DNA from: Oxynema aestuarii AP17
Lineage (GTDB): Bacteria > Cyanobacteriota > Cyanobacteriia > Cyanobacteriales > Laspinemataceae
Assembly (NCBI RefSeq): GCF_012295525.1
Contig: NZ_CP051167.1
Coordinates: 5,749,299-5,813,298, forward strand
Length of the DNA stretch: 64,000 bases
Direction of reading: 5' to 3'
The notes below the pieces were generated by a model. That model saw only the letters and a program-made list of their open reading frames with translations. It had not been told where the DNA came from and did not search any database. The position numbers and the translations under genes were made by a program. Below are positions 21,232-30,665 of the stretch, piece after piece (within the stretch, counting starts at the first letter, position 1; each line of letters begins with the position of its first letter).

Positions 21232-22815
21232 ATGCCAAAGCTTCTCGTCTCCGATCCAATTGACCAAGCTGGGATTGATATCCTTTCGCAAGTCGCTCAA
21301 GTCGATGTCGAAACCAGTCTATCCCAGGAAGATTTAGTGCGCGTCATCCCAGAATACGACGCGCTGATGATTCGTTCTGGCACCCGCGTCACCAAAGAAA
21401 TCATCGAAGCTGCGACCCAGCTTAAAATTATTGGCCGTGCGGGCGTCGGTGTCGATAATGTGGACGTTGCCACAGCCACTCGTAAAGGGATTGTCGTCGT
21501 CAACTCGCCCGAAGGCAATACGATCGCTGCCGCCGAACACGCGATCGCCATGATGCTCTCCCTTTCTCGCTACATTCCCGATGCCAACCAATCGGTCAAA
21601 AGCGGCAAGTGGAACCGCAAGGCGTTTGTCGGTACCGAAGTTTATAAAAAAACCCTCGGGATCGTCGGTTTGGGGAAAATCGGCTCCCACGTCGCCGCCG
21701 CCGCTAAAGCGATGGGCATGAAATTGATTGCCTACGATCCGTTCATTTCCACCGAACGGGCCGAACAAATCGGCTGTCGCTTGGTCGATCTCGACCTGCT
21801 CTTCCGCGAAGCCGACTACATCACCCTCCACGTTCCCAAAACCGCAGAAACGGCGAACATGATCGACGCCGCCGCCTTGGCGAAAATGAAGCCCAACGTG
21901 CGGATTGTCAACTGTTCCCGAGGCGGGATTATCGACGAAGCCGCCTTAGCGGAAGCCCTGCGGGAAGAACGGATCGGCGGCGCCGCTTTAGATGTGTTTG
22001 AAAACGAACCCCTCGAAGCCGATTCCCCCCTGCGCAGTGTCGGCAAACAGTTGATTCTTACCCCGCATTTGGGCGCTTCTACCGCAGAAGCTCAAGTGAA
22101 TGTGGCGATCGATGTGGCCGAACAAATCAGGGATGTTCTGCTCGGATTGCCCGCCCGTTCGGCGGTCAACATCCCCGGACTCTATCCCGACGCCCTCGAA
22201 AAACTCAGACCTTATCTGCAATTGGCGGAAACGTTGGGTAATTTGGTCGGACAAGTCGCGGGCGGTCGCATCGAGTTGCTCAACGTCCGGATGCAAGGGG
22301 ATTTGGCGAACAACGACAGTCAACCCGTGGTTGTCGCCGCCCTCAAGGGTTTGTTATCCCAAGCCCTGCGCGAGCGCGTCAATTACGTCAACGCCAGCAT
22401 CGAGGCTAAAGAACGGGGCATCCGCGTGATCGAAACCCGCGATGCGTCGATTCGCGACTATGCCGGATCGCTTCACTTGGAAGCTAAGGGATCGTTAGGA
22501 GATCACGCGGTGACGGGGGCTTTGTTAGGGGATGGTGAAATCCGAATCACCGATATTGACGAATTTCCGATTAACGTTCCCCCAAATCACTATATGCTGT
22601 TTACAAGACACCGCGATATGCCGGGAATTATCGGCAAAATCGGGTCTTTGCTCGGCAGTTTTAACGTCAATATTGCCAGTATGCAAGTCGGTCGCAAAAT
22701 TGTACGCGGCGATGCGGTGATGGTTTTGAGTATTGACGATCCCCTGCCGGATGGATTGCTCGATGAAATCAAGAAGGTACCGGGGATCCGGGATGCTTAC
22801 ACCGTAACGCTGTAA
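21232..22815 (+). CDS. serA: D-3-phosphoglycerate dehydrogenase (with C-terminal ASB and ACT regulatory domains)
   Basis: 527-aa ORF with the Rossmann motif GIVGLGKIGSHVA, a 2-hydroxyacid dehydrogenase catalytic region, and a C-terminal ACT-like segment (VMVLSIDDPLPDGLLDEIKKVPGI). Confidence 0.95.
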   Translation: MPKLLVSDPIDQAGIDILSQVAQVDVETSLSQEDLVRVIPEYDALMIRSGTRVTKEIIEAATQLKIIGRAGVGVDNVDVATATRKGIVVVNSPEGNTIAAAEHAIAMMLSLSRYIPDANQSVKSGKWNRKAFVGTEVYKKTLGIVGLGKIGSHVAAAAKAMGMKLIAYDPFISTERAEQIGCRLVDLDLLFREADYITLHVPKTAETANMIDAAALAKMKPNVRIVNCSRGGIIDEAALAEALREERIGGAALDVFENEPLEADSPLRSVGKQLILTPHLGASTAEAQVNVAIDVAEQIRDVLLGLPARSAVNIPGLYPDALEKLRPYLQLAETLGNLVGQVAGGRIELLNVRMQGDLANNDSQPVVVAALKGLLSQALRERVNYVNASIEAKERGIRVIETRDASIRDYAGSLHLEAKGSLGDHAVTGALLGDGEIRITDIDEFPINVPPNHYMLFTRHRDMPGIIGKIGSLLGSFNVNIASMQVGRKIVRGDAVMVLSIDDPLPDGLLDEIKKVPGIRDAYTVTL

Positions 22816-22940
22816 GCGGCGATCGCCACTGAGATCGGAAGGAAAGGGGATCGGTGGGGTCGCGGACGAGTGGATCTCCCGCCCCTCTCCTCTCGGTGCA
22901 TTCCCCAACTGCTCACCCCCGAAGTCTTCAATTGCGAACT

Positions 22941-23837
22941 ATGGCCAACAATTGGTGGGAAATTCAAGTGCTGTGCGATCCGGCTCTGGAAGATTCGATC
23001 TTCTGGCGCTTGGAAAATTTCGGCTGTCGCGGGATGGCCACGGAACTAAAGGGTCATTCCTGTTTGATTTCCACCTATCTGCCCCAGGAACGCGCTCAAA
23101 TGCTGGATTTGTCCGCGCTTTCCCTACTGTTGCGCCAAGATGCTCTCGCGATCGGATTGCCCACTCCCGCGATGCAGTGGAATTTAATCGAGGAGGAAGA
23201 TTGGGCGATCAGTTGGAAAAAACACTGGCACCCGCAAGAGATCGGCGATCGCTTTTTGATTTATCCGGCGTGGCTTCCCCTTCCGGAACAGTGCGATCGC
23301 CTGCTGCTGCGCTTGGACCCCGGCGCCGCTTTCGGTACGGGCGCCCACGCCACCACTCAACTCTGTCTCGAAGCGTTAGAAATGCGTTTGGGCTTCGATC
23401 CGAGCGATTCTGGGGTACAAGTGGCCGATATCGGTTGCGGTTCGGGGATTTTATCCATTGGGGCGCTGTTGTTGGGCGCCGGAAAAGCCTACTCGGTGGA
23501 TATCGACCCCCTCGCCGTTCGGGCCGCCCGTCGGTGTCGCGAACTCAATAAAATTGCCGAGTCGAAAATGTTAGTTAAACTCGGCAGTGTCGAACGGGTC
23601 AAACAACTGATTGAAGAACCTGTCGATGGCATTATTTGCAATATCCTCGCCGAAACTATTTTAGATTTAATTCCCGAGATGGATCATATTTGCAAGCCGA
23701 GTACCTGGGGAATTATTAGTGGGGTGCTGCTCGAACAAGCGAAACCTGTCGCCGATACCCTCGAACAGCATGGCTGGGTCGTCGCGACCCTTTGGCGGCG
23801 TCAAGATTGGTGCTGTTTTAATATTCGGCGGTCTTGA
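22941..23837 (+). CDS. prmA: Ribosomal protein L11 methyltransferase
   Basis: Start at the internal ATG ([11 protein letters not shown]...). It has a SAM-binding motif ([18 protein letters not shown]) and the PrmA-typical [14 protein letters not shown] motif. Confidence 0.85.
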   Translation: MANNWWEIQVLCDPALEDSIFWRLENFGCRGMATELKGHSCLISTYLPQERAQMLDLSALSLLLRQDALAIGLPTPAMQWNLIEEEDWAISWKKHWHPQEIGDRFLIYPAWLPLPEQCDRLLLRLDPGAAFGTGAHATTQLCLEALEMRLGFDPSDSGVQVADIGCGSGILSIGALLLGAGKAYSVDIDPLAVRAARRCRELNKIAESKMLVKLGSVERVKQLIEEPVDGIICNILAETILDLIPEMDHICKPSTWGIISGVLLEQAKPVADTLEQHGWVVATLWRRQDWCCFNIRRS

Positions 23838-23892
23838 GATTTTAGATTGTAGATTTTAGATTGTAGATTCTAAATTTTAAATTTTAGATGTA
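23837..23892. repeat. Heptanucleotide tandem repeat array (TAGATTT/TAGATTG), STRR-like
   Basis: gattttagattgtagattttagattgtagattctaaattttaaattttagatg, between convergent prmA and trx. Confidence 0.8.
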
Positions 23893-24144
23893 AGGCGATC
23901 GCACGGTCCTAGGATTGTCGGAGTTTTCTCAGGAGGGGGATGAAATAATAGCGGCTATAAAAGTATAAAAAAAGCTGTTCGCGACAGCGATCGCGCCGCG
24001 CGCGATCGCTGTCGGATATTGAGAGAGAGAAACTTGGCTAAAAATGGCCAAATTCACTAAGACATGAGATGGCGAAAAGTTAAACGCTCAAACAATAACG
24101 GCTGAGAAGAGAACCGAGAACAAACTAAAAAACGGGCGATCGAC

Positions 24145-24462
24145 TTACAACAGGGGTTCGAGTTCTGCAATTAGTTGTTCGGCGCTCCTGAGTCCTTCAA
24201 AACGCTCTACAGGTTTGCCTGCTTTAAATAAAACTAACGTCGGTAACGCATAAATATGATGATCTGTGGCTAAATCCGTGTATTTCTCCGTGTCGATCTT
24301 GACAATTTTTAGCCGTTGTTTGAGTTTGGCATTGACTTCGTTCAGAATCGGCACCATCATCTGACAAGGCCCGCACCAATTGGCATAAAAATCGACCAAC
24401 ACGGGTAACTCCGATTGTTGGAGCATTTCATCAAAACTGTTGAACTGTTTTTTGACGGCCAT
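24145..24462 (-). CDS. trxA: Thioredoxin
   Basis: 105-aa ORF with the WCGPC active site (FYANWCGPCQMM) and a thioredoxin-fold length. Confidence 0.9.
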   Translation of the reverse strand: MAVKKQFNSFDEMLQQSELPVLVDFYANWCGPCQMMVPILNEVNAKLKQRLKIVKIDTEKYTDLATDHHIYALPTLVLFKAGKPVERFEGLRSAEQLIAELEPLL

Positions 24463-24605
24463 CAGTCACAAACACCATGAACGGTGTGGCGTGAAAACAT
24501 TTCTATGATAGCGAGACTTGGGTACAAGTGCGATCCCGTTTTTCTAGAAATGCACAGATATCGATCGCCATTATACCGCTTTTCAAAAATAATGAGAGAG
24601 GTCGA

Positions 24606-24636
24606 GGGTAGGGACACGACATTGCCCTGTCCTTAC
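24606..24636. repeat. Dispersed hairpin repeat, family member 2 (gggtagggacacgacattgccctgtccttac)
   Basis: Imperfect palindrome similar to 18110..18139 and 25561..25588. Confidence 0.5.
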
Positions 24637-24771
24637 AGGCGATCCATCTCCATCGAGGTTTTAGAAAAATGCTATTAGATGCAATGAGAATCGGCGCAGC
24701 TTGCGAGAGAAAACAATCCCATGCGCGCGATCGCATTTCACCTTAAAATAAGTGAGTTTGCAATCAAGTGA

Positions 24772-25551
<780 letters not shown>

Positions 25552-25560
25552 CATCACCAA

Positions 25561-25588
25561 TAAGGACACGGCAATGCCGTGTCCTTAC
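25561..25588. repeat. Dispersed hairpin repeat, family member 3 (taaggacacggcaatgccgtgtccttac). A perfect 12-bp stem, and a candidate fabG terminator hairpin.
   Basis: Perfect inverted repeat aaggacacggca/tgccgtgtcctt 10 nt after the fabG stop, immediately followed by a heptamer repeat array. Confidence 0.6.
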
Positions 25589-25608
25589 CGTGGATTAAAG
25601 ATTAACAT

Positions 25609-25653
25609 CCAATCTACAATCTACAATCTACAATCTACAATCTAAAATCTAAA
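25609..25653. repeat. Heptanucleotide tandem repeat array (ATCTACA/ATCTAAA; reverse complement of the TAGATTT family)
   Basis: caatctacaatctacaatctacaatctacaatctaaaatctaaaatc, between convergent fabG and the pse-like cluster. Confidence 0.8.
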
Positions 25654-25654
25654 A

Positions 25655-26707
25655 TCAAATCACGTCCCAACTCACCGGAGTTCCCTTTTTTAAATCTTTT
25701 TTCACCACTTTCCCCAGCAGGATTGGATAATATTTGGGCGACAAGCCCAACCCGGGACGAATCGCCCGCAAATTCTCCGGCGTAAAACAGTCCCCCGCCT
25801 TCATATCTCGCGCCACATACAAAGAACGACGAAAGCCCATTGAAGCCCTTTCTGCGTCACTCGGGCCGTATTGAATTCGCCCCAATGATTGCCAAGCTTT
25901 TTGAGTTTCGATCGCCAATTGTTGCATCTCCTGTGGTTCCATCGAAAAAGCAGAATCGACACCTCCATCGGCTCGTCTGAGGGTAAAATGTTTTTCGATA
26001 AATGTGGCTCCAAACGCAACACTCGCCACCGCGACGCCAACACCCATCGTGTGATCGGAAAGACCGACTTCGACATCAAAAAGTTGGCGTAAATGGGGAA
26101 GCGTTCGCAAATTACTATTCTCTGGTGTCGCCGGATAGGTACTCGTACATTTTAATAAAATGAGGGATTGACATCCCGCTTCTTTCGCCGTTCTCACGGT
26201 TTCATCTAATTCGGCGATCGTTGCCATTCCTGTAGAAATAATTAACGGTTTTCCCGTACTGGCAACTTTACGAATTAAGGGCAAATCGGTATTTTCAAAA
26301 GAAGCAATTTTATAACAAGGAACGTCTAAAGATTCGAGAAAATCAACGGCAGTTGCATCGAAAGGTGTACTGAATCCGAGGATTCCCAATTGTTGGCAGC
26401 GATCGAAAATTGGCTGGTGCCATTCCCAGGGAGTATGTGCTTTTTCGTAAAGTTGGTAAAGAGAATAACCATGCCAAAGACTATCGGTATTGTTAATAAA
26501 AAACTCTCTTTCGGCGAGGTCGAGGGTCATCGTCTCCGCCGTATAAGTTTGTAGTTTAACTGCGGAAACTCCAGCAGCAGCCGCCGCTTCGACAATCTCT
26601 AAGGCACGATCTAAAGATTGATTGTGATTGCCGGACATTTCGGCCACAATAAAGGGCGGACGATCGATTCCAATCGAATAGTTACCAATTTTAATACTGT
26701 TCATCAT
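25655..26707 (-). CDS. pseI: N-acetylneuraminate/pseudaminic-acid synthase family (NeuB/PseI-type nonulosonic acid synthase)
   Basis: 350-aa ORF. The N-terminus FIVAEMSGNHNQSLDRALEIVEAAAAAGVSAVKLQTY is the NeuB TIM-barrel. A C-terminal SAF/antifreeze-like domain is present (RSLYVARDMKAGDCFTPENLRAIRPG). Confidence 0.85.
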   Translation of the reverse strand: MMNSIKIGNYSIGIDRPPFIVAEMSGNHNQSLDRALEIVEAAAAAGVSAVKLQTYTAETMTLDLAEREFFINNTDSLWHGYSLYQLYEKAHTPWEWHQPIFDRCQQLGILGFSTPFDATAVDFLESLDVPCYKIASFENTDLPLIRKVASTGKPLIISTGMATIAELDETVRTAKEAGCQSLILLKCTSTYPATPENSNLRTLPHLRQLFDVEVGLSDHTMGVGVAVASVAFGATFIEKHFTLRRADGGVDSAFSMEPQEMQQLAIETQKAWQSLGRIQYGPSDAERASMGFRRSLYVARDMKAGDCFTPENLRAIRPGLGLSPKYYPILLGKVVKKDLKKGTPVSWDVI

Positions 26708-26719
26708 TATTGAAGGTTA

Positions 26720-28264
26720 TTAAATATTATTGATATATTCCTGGATATATTCTTGCCTGGTTAAAGATAAACACAGGGCTGGCTGTCCGCAATAACTAAT
26801 GTTTTCTTTGAATTTAAAATAGCATTTAGAAAAGGCTTTAATAGAGGGCTTGTTTGTCGGTTTGATATAGGCGTGGACGATGGGAACGGTGGTATTTGAA
26901 AATAGCCTTTGCGTTCCCAAGCGAATCAAATGGGTTCCGTAACCCAAACCGCGAAATCGGCGATCGATATTGATGGAAACAACGGCTTCGTTCTCGACAA
27001 TTAAATAGCGAATCGAACCGATCGCGCGATCGTCGCGATCGAGTGCTAAATAAATCAATGAATTCGGATTCTTCAAGTGCGATCGCCACCATTGCACGTG
27101 ATGTTCCCAAGGGATGGGATCGCTGGAAAATGAGGTATTTCTTACATCCGGATCGTTGGCCCATTGCCACAGTAACCGACAATCGCGATCCTGGGGCGAT
27201 CGCAATCGAATCTTTTCGCCTTCTAAAACCATTAAAACTCGTTCGCTTCCTTCTCCATCTACGAGTTGACAGGCGCGTTGCGAGATTTGCGCGCATTTAG
27301 TTTTAGAACCTAGCAAATCGGCGATCGCCTGTGTCATTGTATGGAGGTCTAACTCTCGATAGTCTCCTAAGTTAATAGCGATCTTTTCTTTGGCTAAAGT
27401 TTCGGCGATCGCGCGTTGATTTTCCGCGAGAATCACCGTCAAACTCGGTAATCCCATAAACGCCAATTCCCAACAGGTACTCCCTCCGGCTGAAATCCCT
27501 AGATCGGCCCACGCCATTAATTCTGGCATATCGGTGACATTTTGCAGCAACCGAATTGAAAATGTTGAAGATCGAGCTGCTTTTTCGAGACTAGAATAAT
27601 GTGGATTACTTCCACCGACGACGATCGCGACATCTAAATCTGGGTTGTCTAAATTTTCTAAGGCTTGAATGACTTTTAAAGTCACGTTATCGGAATCGCC
27701 GCCACCTAATGTAACTAAAATTTTACGGGCGATCGGGGCAATTTCTCGTCGCCATCCTCGCCACGCCCAAAATTCACGGCGCAGTAAGGCGTAACGAGTG
27801 CCGAGTAACAGTTGGGTGTCGGGCGATCGCTGTTTGTAAAAGCTGTCATTGGCGTAAATATTTTGATTTAATATCCAATTGGCATAATAACTTTCACTAT
27901 GTCCGTAATCGTCTAAAAATAAAAAGTTTAACTGCGCTTCTGCGATCCTTTTTTGATACTTGGTTTTAAAGTGATAGCCGTCTAAAACCAAGTATTTTAT
28001 GTTCAATTTACGAGCAATTTCTATAGTTTTTTGGCAATCTTCTACACTACCGGGTTGCACTTCAATTTCGATCGCTTTCATTCCTTCTGCGTTGAGGCGA
28101 TCGGCGATCGCGCGGCTACAATCAGCCATGACGAAGATCGGGCGATCGCCGTTTTGTTTGGCAGCTTGCGCTAATGCCAAACAGCGCATCACGTGACCCG
28201 TTCCGATCGCTGTAGAGGCATCGGCGCGAATCAGAAATTTGAAGTTTGACTGATTATTGCCCAT
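26720..28264 (-). CDS. PseG-type UDP-sugar hydrolase fused to a C-terminal GNAT N-acetyltransferase (PseH-like)
   Basis: 514-aa ORF. The N-terminus FLIRADASTAIGTGHVMRCLALAQAA is a PseG/SpsG glycosyltransferase-28-like fold. The C-terminal ~170 aa carry a GNAT motif (RFRGLGYGTHLI). It overlaps the upstream cytidylyltransferase gene by 11 nt. Confidence 0.75.
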   Translation of the reverse strand: MGNNQSNFKFLIRADASTAIGTGHVMRCLALAQAAKQNGDRPIFVMADCSRAIADRLNAEGMKAIEIEVQPGSVEDCQKTIEIARKLNIKYLVLDGYHFKTKYQKRIAEAQLNFLFLDDYGHSESYYANWILNQNIYANDSFYKQRSPDTQLLLGTRYALLRREFWAWRGWRREIAPIARKILVTLGGGDSDNVTLKVIQALENLDNPDLDVAIVVGGSNPHYSSLEKAARSSTFSIRLLQNVTDMPELMAWADLGISAGGSTCWELAFMGLPSLTVILAENQRAIAETLAKEKIAINLGDYRELDLHTMTQAIADLLGSKTKCAQISQRACQLVDGEGSERVLMVLEGEKIRLRSPQDRDCRLLWQWANDPDVRNTSFSSDPIPWEHHVQWWRSHLKNPNSLIYLALDRDDRAIGSIRYLIVENEAVVSINIDRRFRGLGYGTHLIRLGTQRLFSNTTVPIVHAYIKPTNKPSIKAFSKCYFKFKENISYCGQPALCLSLTRQEYIQEYINNI

Positions 28265-28991
28265 ATTTTTTCTGTTCTATATGGGTATTAATTTTAGACC
28301 ATTCTGGATGGTTTTCTAACAATATCAAGCAATTTTTGAAGGTAAGTTTTTCTTCCGACCTAGACAAACTTTTAATTATTTTTTCAATCAATTGAAAATC
28401 TTCCGGGGTATCGACCGTCCAGCGATGATGACTGTTATTTTTCTTATCCTTTAAATGAGCGATTCGATAGCGTTGGGGCTGACGGTAAATAAATGGGGTA
28501 ACGTGTTCGCGATCGGGTTGGGCGGTTGCTTCTTGAAAAGCTTCTTCTAAACTCTTAAAAGAAAAGATTTCTGCATCCATTCCTCGGGGATACGTTCTCT
28601 CCAAACAGTTGGAGAAGTAATCGACTGGAGGCTGACTGTCGAGATAGCTTTGAATGAGGCGATCGACGATTTCGGGATCGATTAGAGGACAGTCGGAAGT
28701 GACGCGAATAATCGGATCGATTTGATACGTTTTTGCGGCGTGATAATATCGCGAAAGTACGTCATTTTCCGAACCGCGATAGTAAGCAATGGCGAGGCGA
28801 TCGCACCATTGAATGATGGGATTATCCGTTGCGTTTGTTGTCGTTGCTACAATGATGCGATCGGCCAGTCGAACTTGTTGCAATTGTTCGAGGTGATATT
28901 GCAAAAGCGGTTTGTCGAGAACGGTTTTTAACACTTTTCCCGGTAAGCGAGTTGAAGTCATTCTCGCTTGGGTGACGATACCGATGTTCAT
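28254..28991 (-). CDS. pseF: Acylneuraminate cytidylyltransferase family (CMP-nonulosonic acid synthetase, PseF/SpsF-like)
   Basis: 245-aa ORF. The N-terminus IGIVTQARMTSTRLPGKVLK is the typical CMP-NeuAc synthetase-family motif. It is the first gene of a three-gene minus-strand operon. Confidence 0.75.
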   Translation of the reverse strand: MNIGIVTQARMTSTRLPGKVLKTVLDKPLLQYHLEQLQQVRLADRIIVATTTNATDNPIIQWCDRLAIAYYRGSENDVLSRYYHAAKTYQIDPIIRVTSDCPLIDPEIVDRLIQSYLDSQPPVDYFSNCLERTYPRGMDAEIFSFKSLEEAFQEATAQPDREHVTPFIYRQPQRYRIAHLKDKKNNSHHRWTVDTPEDFQLIEKIIKSLSRSEEKLTFKNCLILLENHPEWSKINTHIEQKKYGQ

Positions 28992-29130
28992 TTTTAGGAA
29001 TCTACACTACGCCGAAATCGACTTAATTAGTATAGCATTGGCGCGGGCGATCGCCAAAAAGTACGGCATGATTTGCCGTACTTTCTCGGACTTCTAAATC
29101 TTGGTGAATTTAGAATTTATAGAACGGGGA

Positions 29131-29403
29131 TTACCACCATCGGCGATCGCCATTCTCATCCATTCTCGCTTGGCGAATCACGTCAGAAATTTCTTCCGCA
29201 TCTCGCACGTGATGGAGGGCTTCTTTATTTCCTTCTCCATCTTCAACGATAAAATAGGTGGGAATTTTAACGTGTTCCATCGTAATATCCGCAACATCTA
29301 CCGCGACTTGACGGGCTTTTTCTTCTAAAGTTTGCGATTCGTTAGGAACATAATCGCCAGGATTAATTGTTAAGTTTTTCGGTTCGTGTTCTTGGGTTCT
29401 CAT
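29131..29403 (-). CDS. Hypothetical small acidic protein
   Basis: 90-aa ORF with no recognizable motifs. A plausible RBS region is present. Weak call. Confidence 0.3.
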   Translation of the reverse strand: MRTQEHEPKNLTINPGDYVPNESQTLEEKARQVAVDVADITMEHVKIPTYFIVEDGEGNKEALHHVRDAEEISDVIRQARMDENGDRRWW

Positions 29404-29454
29404 TTCGATAATTTCCTCAACTTTTTCAGACAGAATTTATTAAACTTAGATCGT

Positions 29455-30258
29455 TCAGGCGTTTTGCCACATTTGTTGAATTCTACCGGGCAGAAACTCG
29501 CTAATTTCCTCCACGCGATCGCGGGATAACTCATCTTTAGTTGCGGCAAAAACCGCACAAATTACCGTTTCCGGATCCGTATAGCGCGGTATACCGCCTT
29601 CTTGGGCAACCCGTCGCACGAATAAGTCAGCATCGATCTTCAGAGGCGGACGAATTCGACCGATCCAGGTGACAATGGGATTGGTATCCATCCACAAATC
29701 GACAATCTCATCTTGCAGCGCTTTATTATCACTAGAAACAGCTTGTGTGTGCAATTGATCTGCGACTTTATCCACCGTTTGATTGGGCATTAAATCGCGC
29801 ATCGTTCTAAACACGACTTCGCTGAGGTTGCGTGCGTCAAAAATATCGGGAAGAGCAGCTTTTACCCTAACTTTTTCTAAGAAAGAAACTTGCCGATCGC
29901 CGATCGCTCGCTGCTGTGAATTTTCCGCGAGGGATTCCGGGGGATTCGCTTCCATTTTTTGCAGCATTTCCCGACCTTTATCGGTAATTTTTGCCGCTTT
30001 AACGTTTACAGGGGCGCTCAGTTTCGAGACCTGTTCGGCTTGGGGACTGCCCGTATATTCGACTTCAATATAGCCATTGCGATTGAGATAGTCGAGATTG
30101 CCGAGTAAGGTTTTCTCATCGACGGGATTGCTGCCAAAATCTGCCGCCGAAAACTCGATCTGGGGGTTTCCTTCAGCTTCCCCAGCGTCGCGCAGTTTTT
30201 TGAGCAAAATATAGGTAATGTCTTCTCGAATAGCGATGGTCATGTGGGTCAATATCAA
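29455..30258 (-). CDS. Hypothetical protein with a DUF2267-like C-terminal region, divergently transcribed from the MVP gene
   Basis: 267-aa ORF. The C-terminal half contains two similar ~60-aa helical units (..LSEVVFRTMRDLMPNQTVDKVADQL.. and ..ETVICAVFAATKDELSRDRVEEISEFLPGRI..). Confidence 0.5.
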   Translation of the reverse strand: MILTHMTIAIREDITYILLKKLRDAGEAEGNPQIEFSAADFGSNPVDEKTLLGNLDYLNRNGYIEVEYTGSPQAEQVSKLSAPVNVKAAKITDKGREMLQKMEANPPESLAENSQQRAIGDRQVSFLEKVRVKAALPDIFDARNLSEVVFRTMRDLMPNQTVDKVADQLHTQAVSSDNKALQDEIVDLWMDTNPIVTWIGRIRPPLKIDADLFVRRVAQEGGIPRYTDPETVICAVFAATKDELSRDRVEEISEFLPGRIQQMWQNA

Positions 30259-30665
30259 ACAACAATTAACTAAAGTGGAAAAAGAGAAAAATCTTTAATC
30301 TCACAGTAATTATCTTAACGAAGATAGAGAAATAATCGCTCTCTCGTTAGTATGAACTTTATTCCCAACGGCGATCTAACTGAAGTATGATTTCACCGGG
30401 CGATCGCGCGCACTCCACGATCGCCCGATCCCCCATGAGATCGAAATCACAGGCGGAATTTAAAAAAGCCGATAGGACAGAAGAACCATCAAAAATCGGT
30501 CGTAAAATCCCGGTGCGATCGCCACTGACTCGCAGATCCCCCAGTCTGGCGAAGCAGTTAATCGGTCGATTGGAGTCGATCTCCAGCCGACCGCGCGACG
30601 ATTTAAGACAGATTTAAAATGGAGATATTTCACGCTCAAAATCCTGCCAGTAAAGGATATTTAAC

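Noticed and set aside
30387-30617. 76-aa ORF in the MVP upstream region
   Set aside because: Arg/Ser/Pro-rich product with no RBS and no conservation signal. The region is more likely the promoter/leader.
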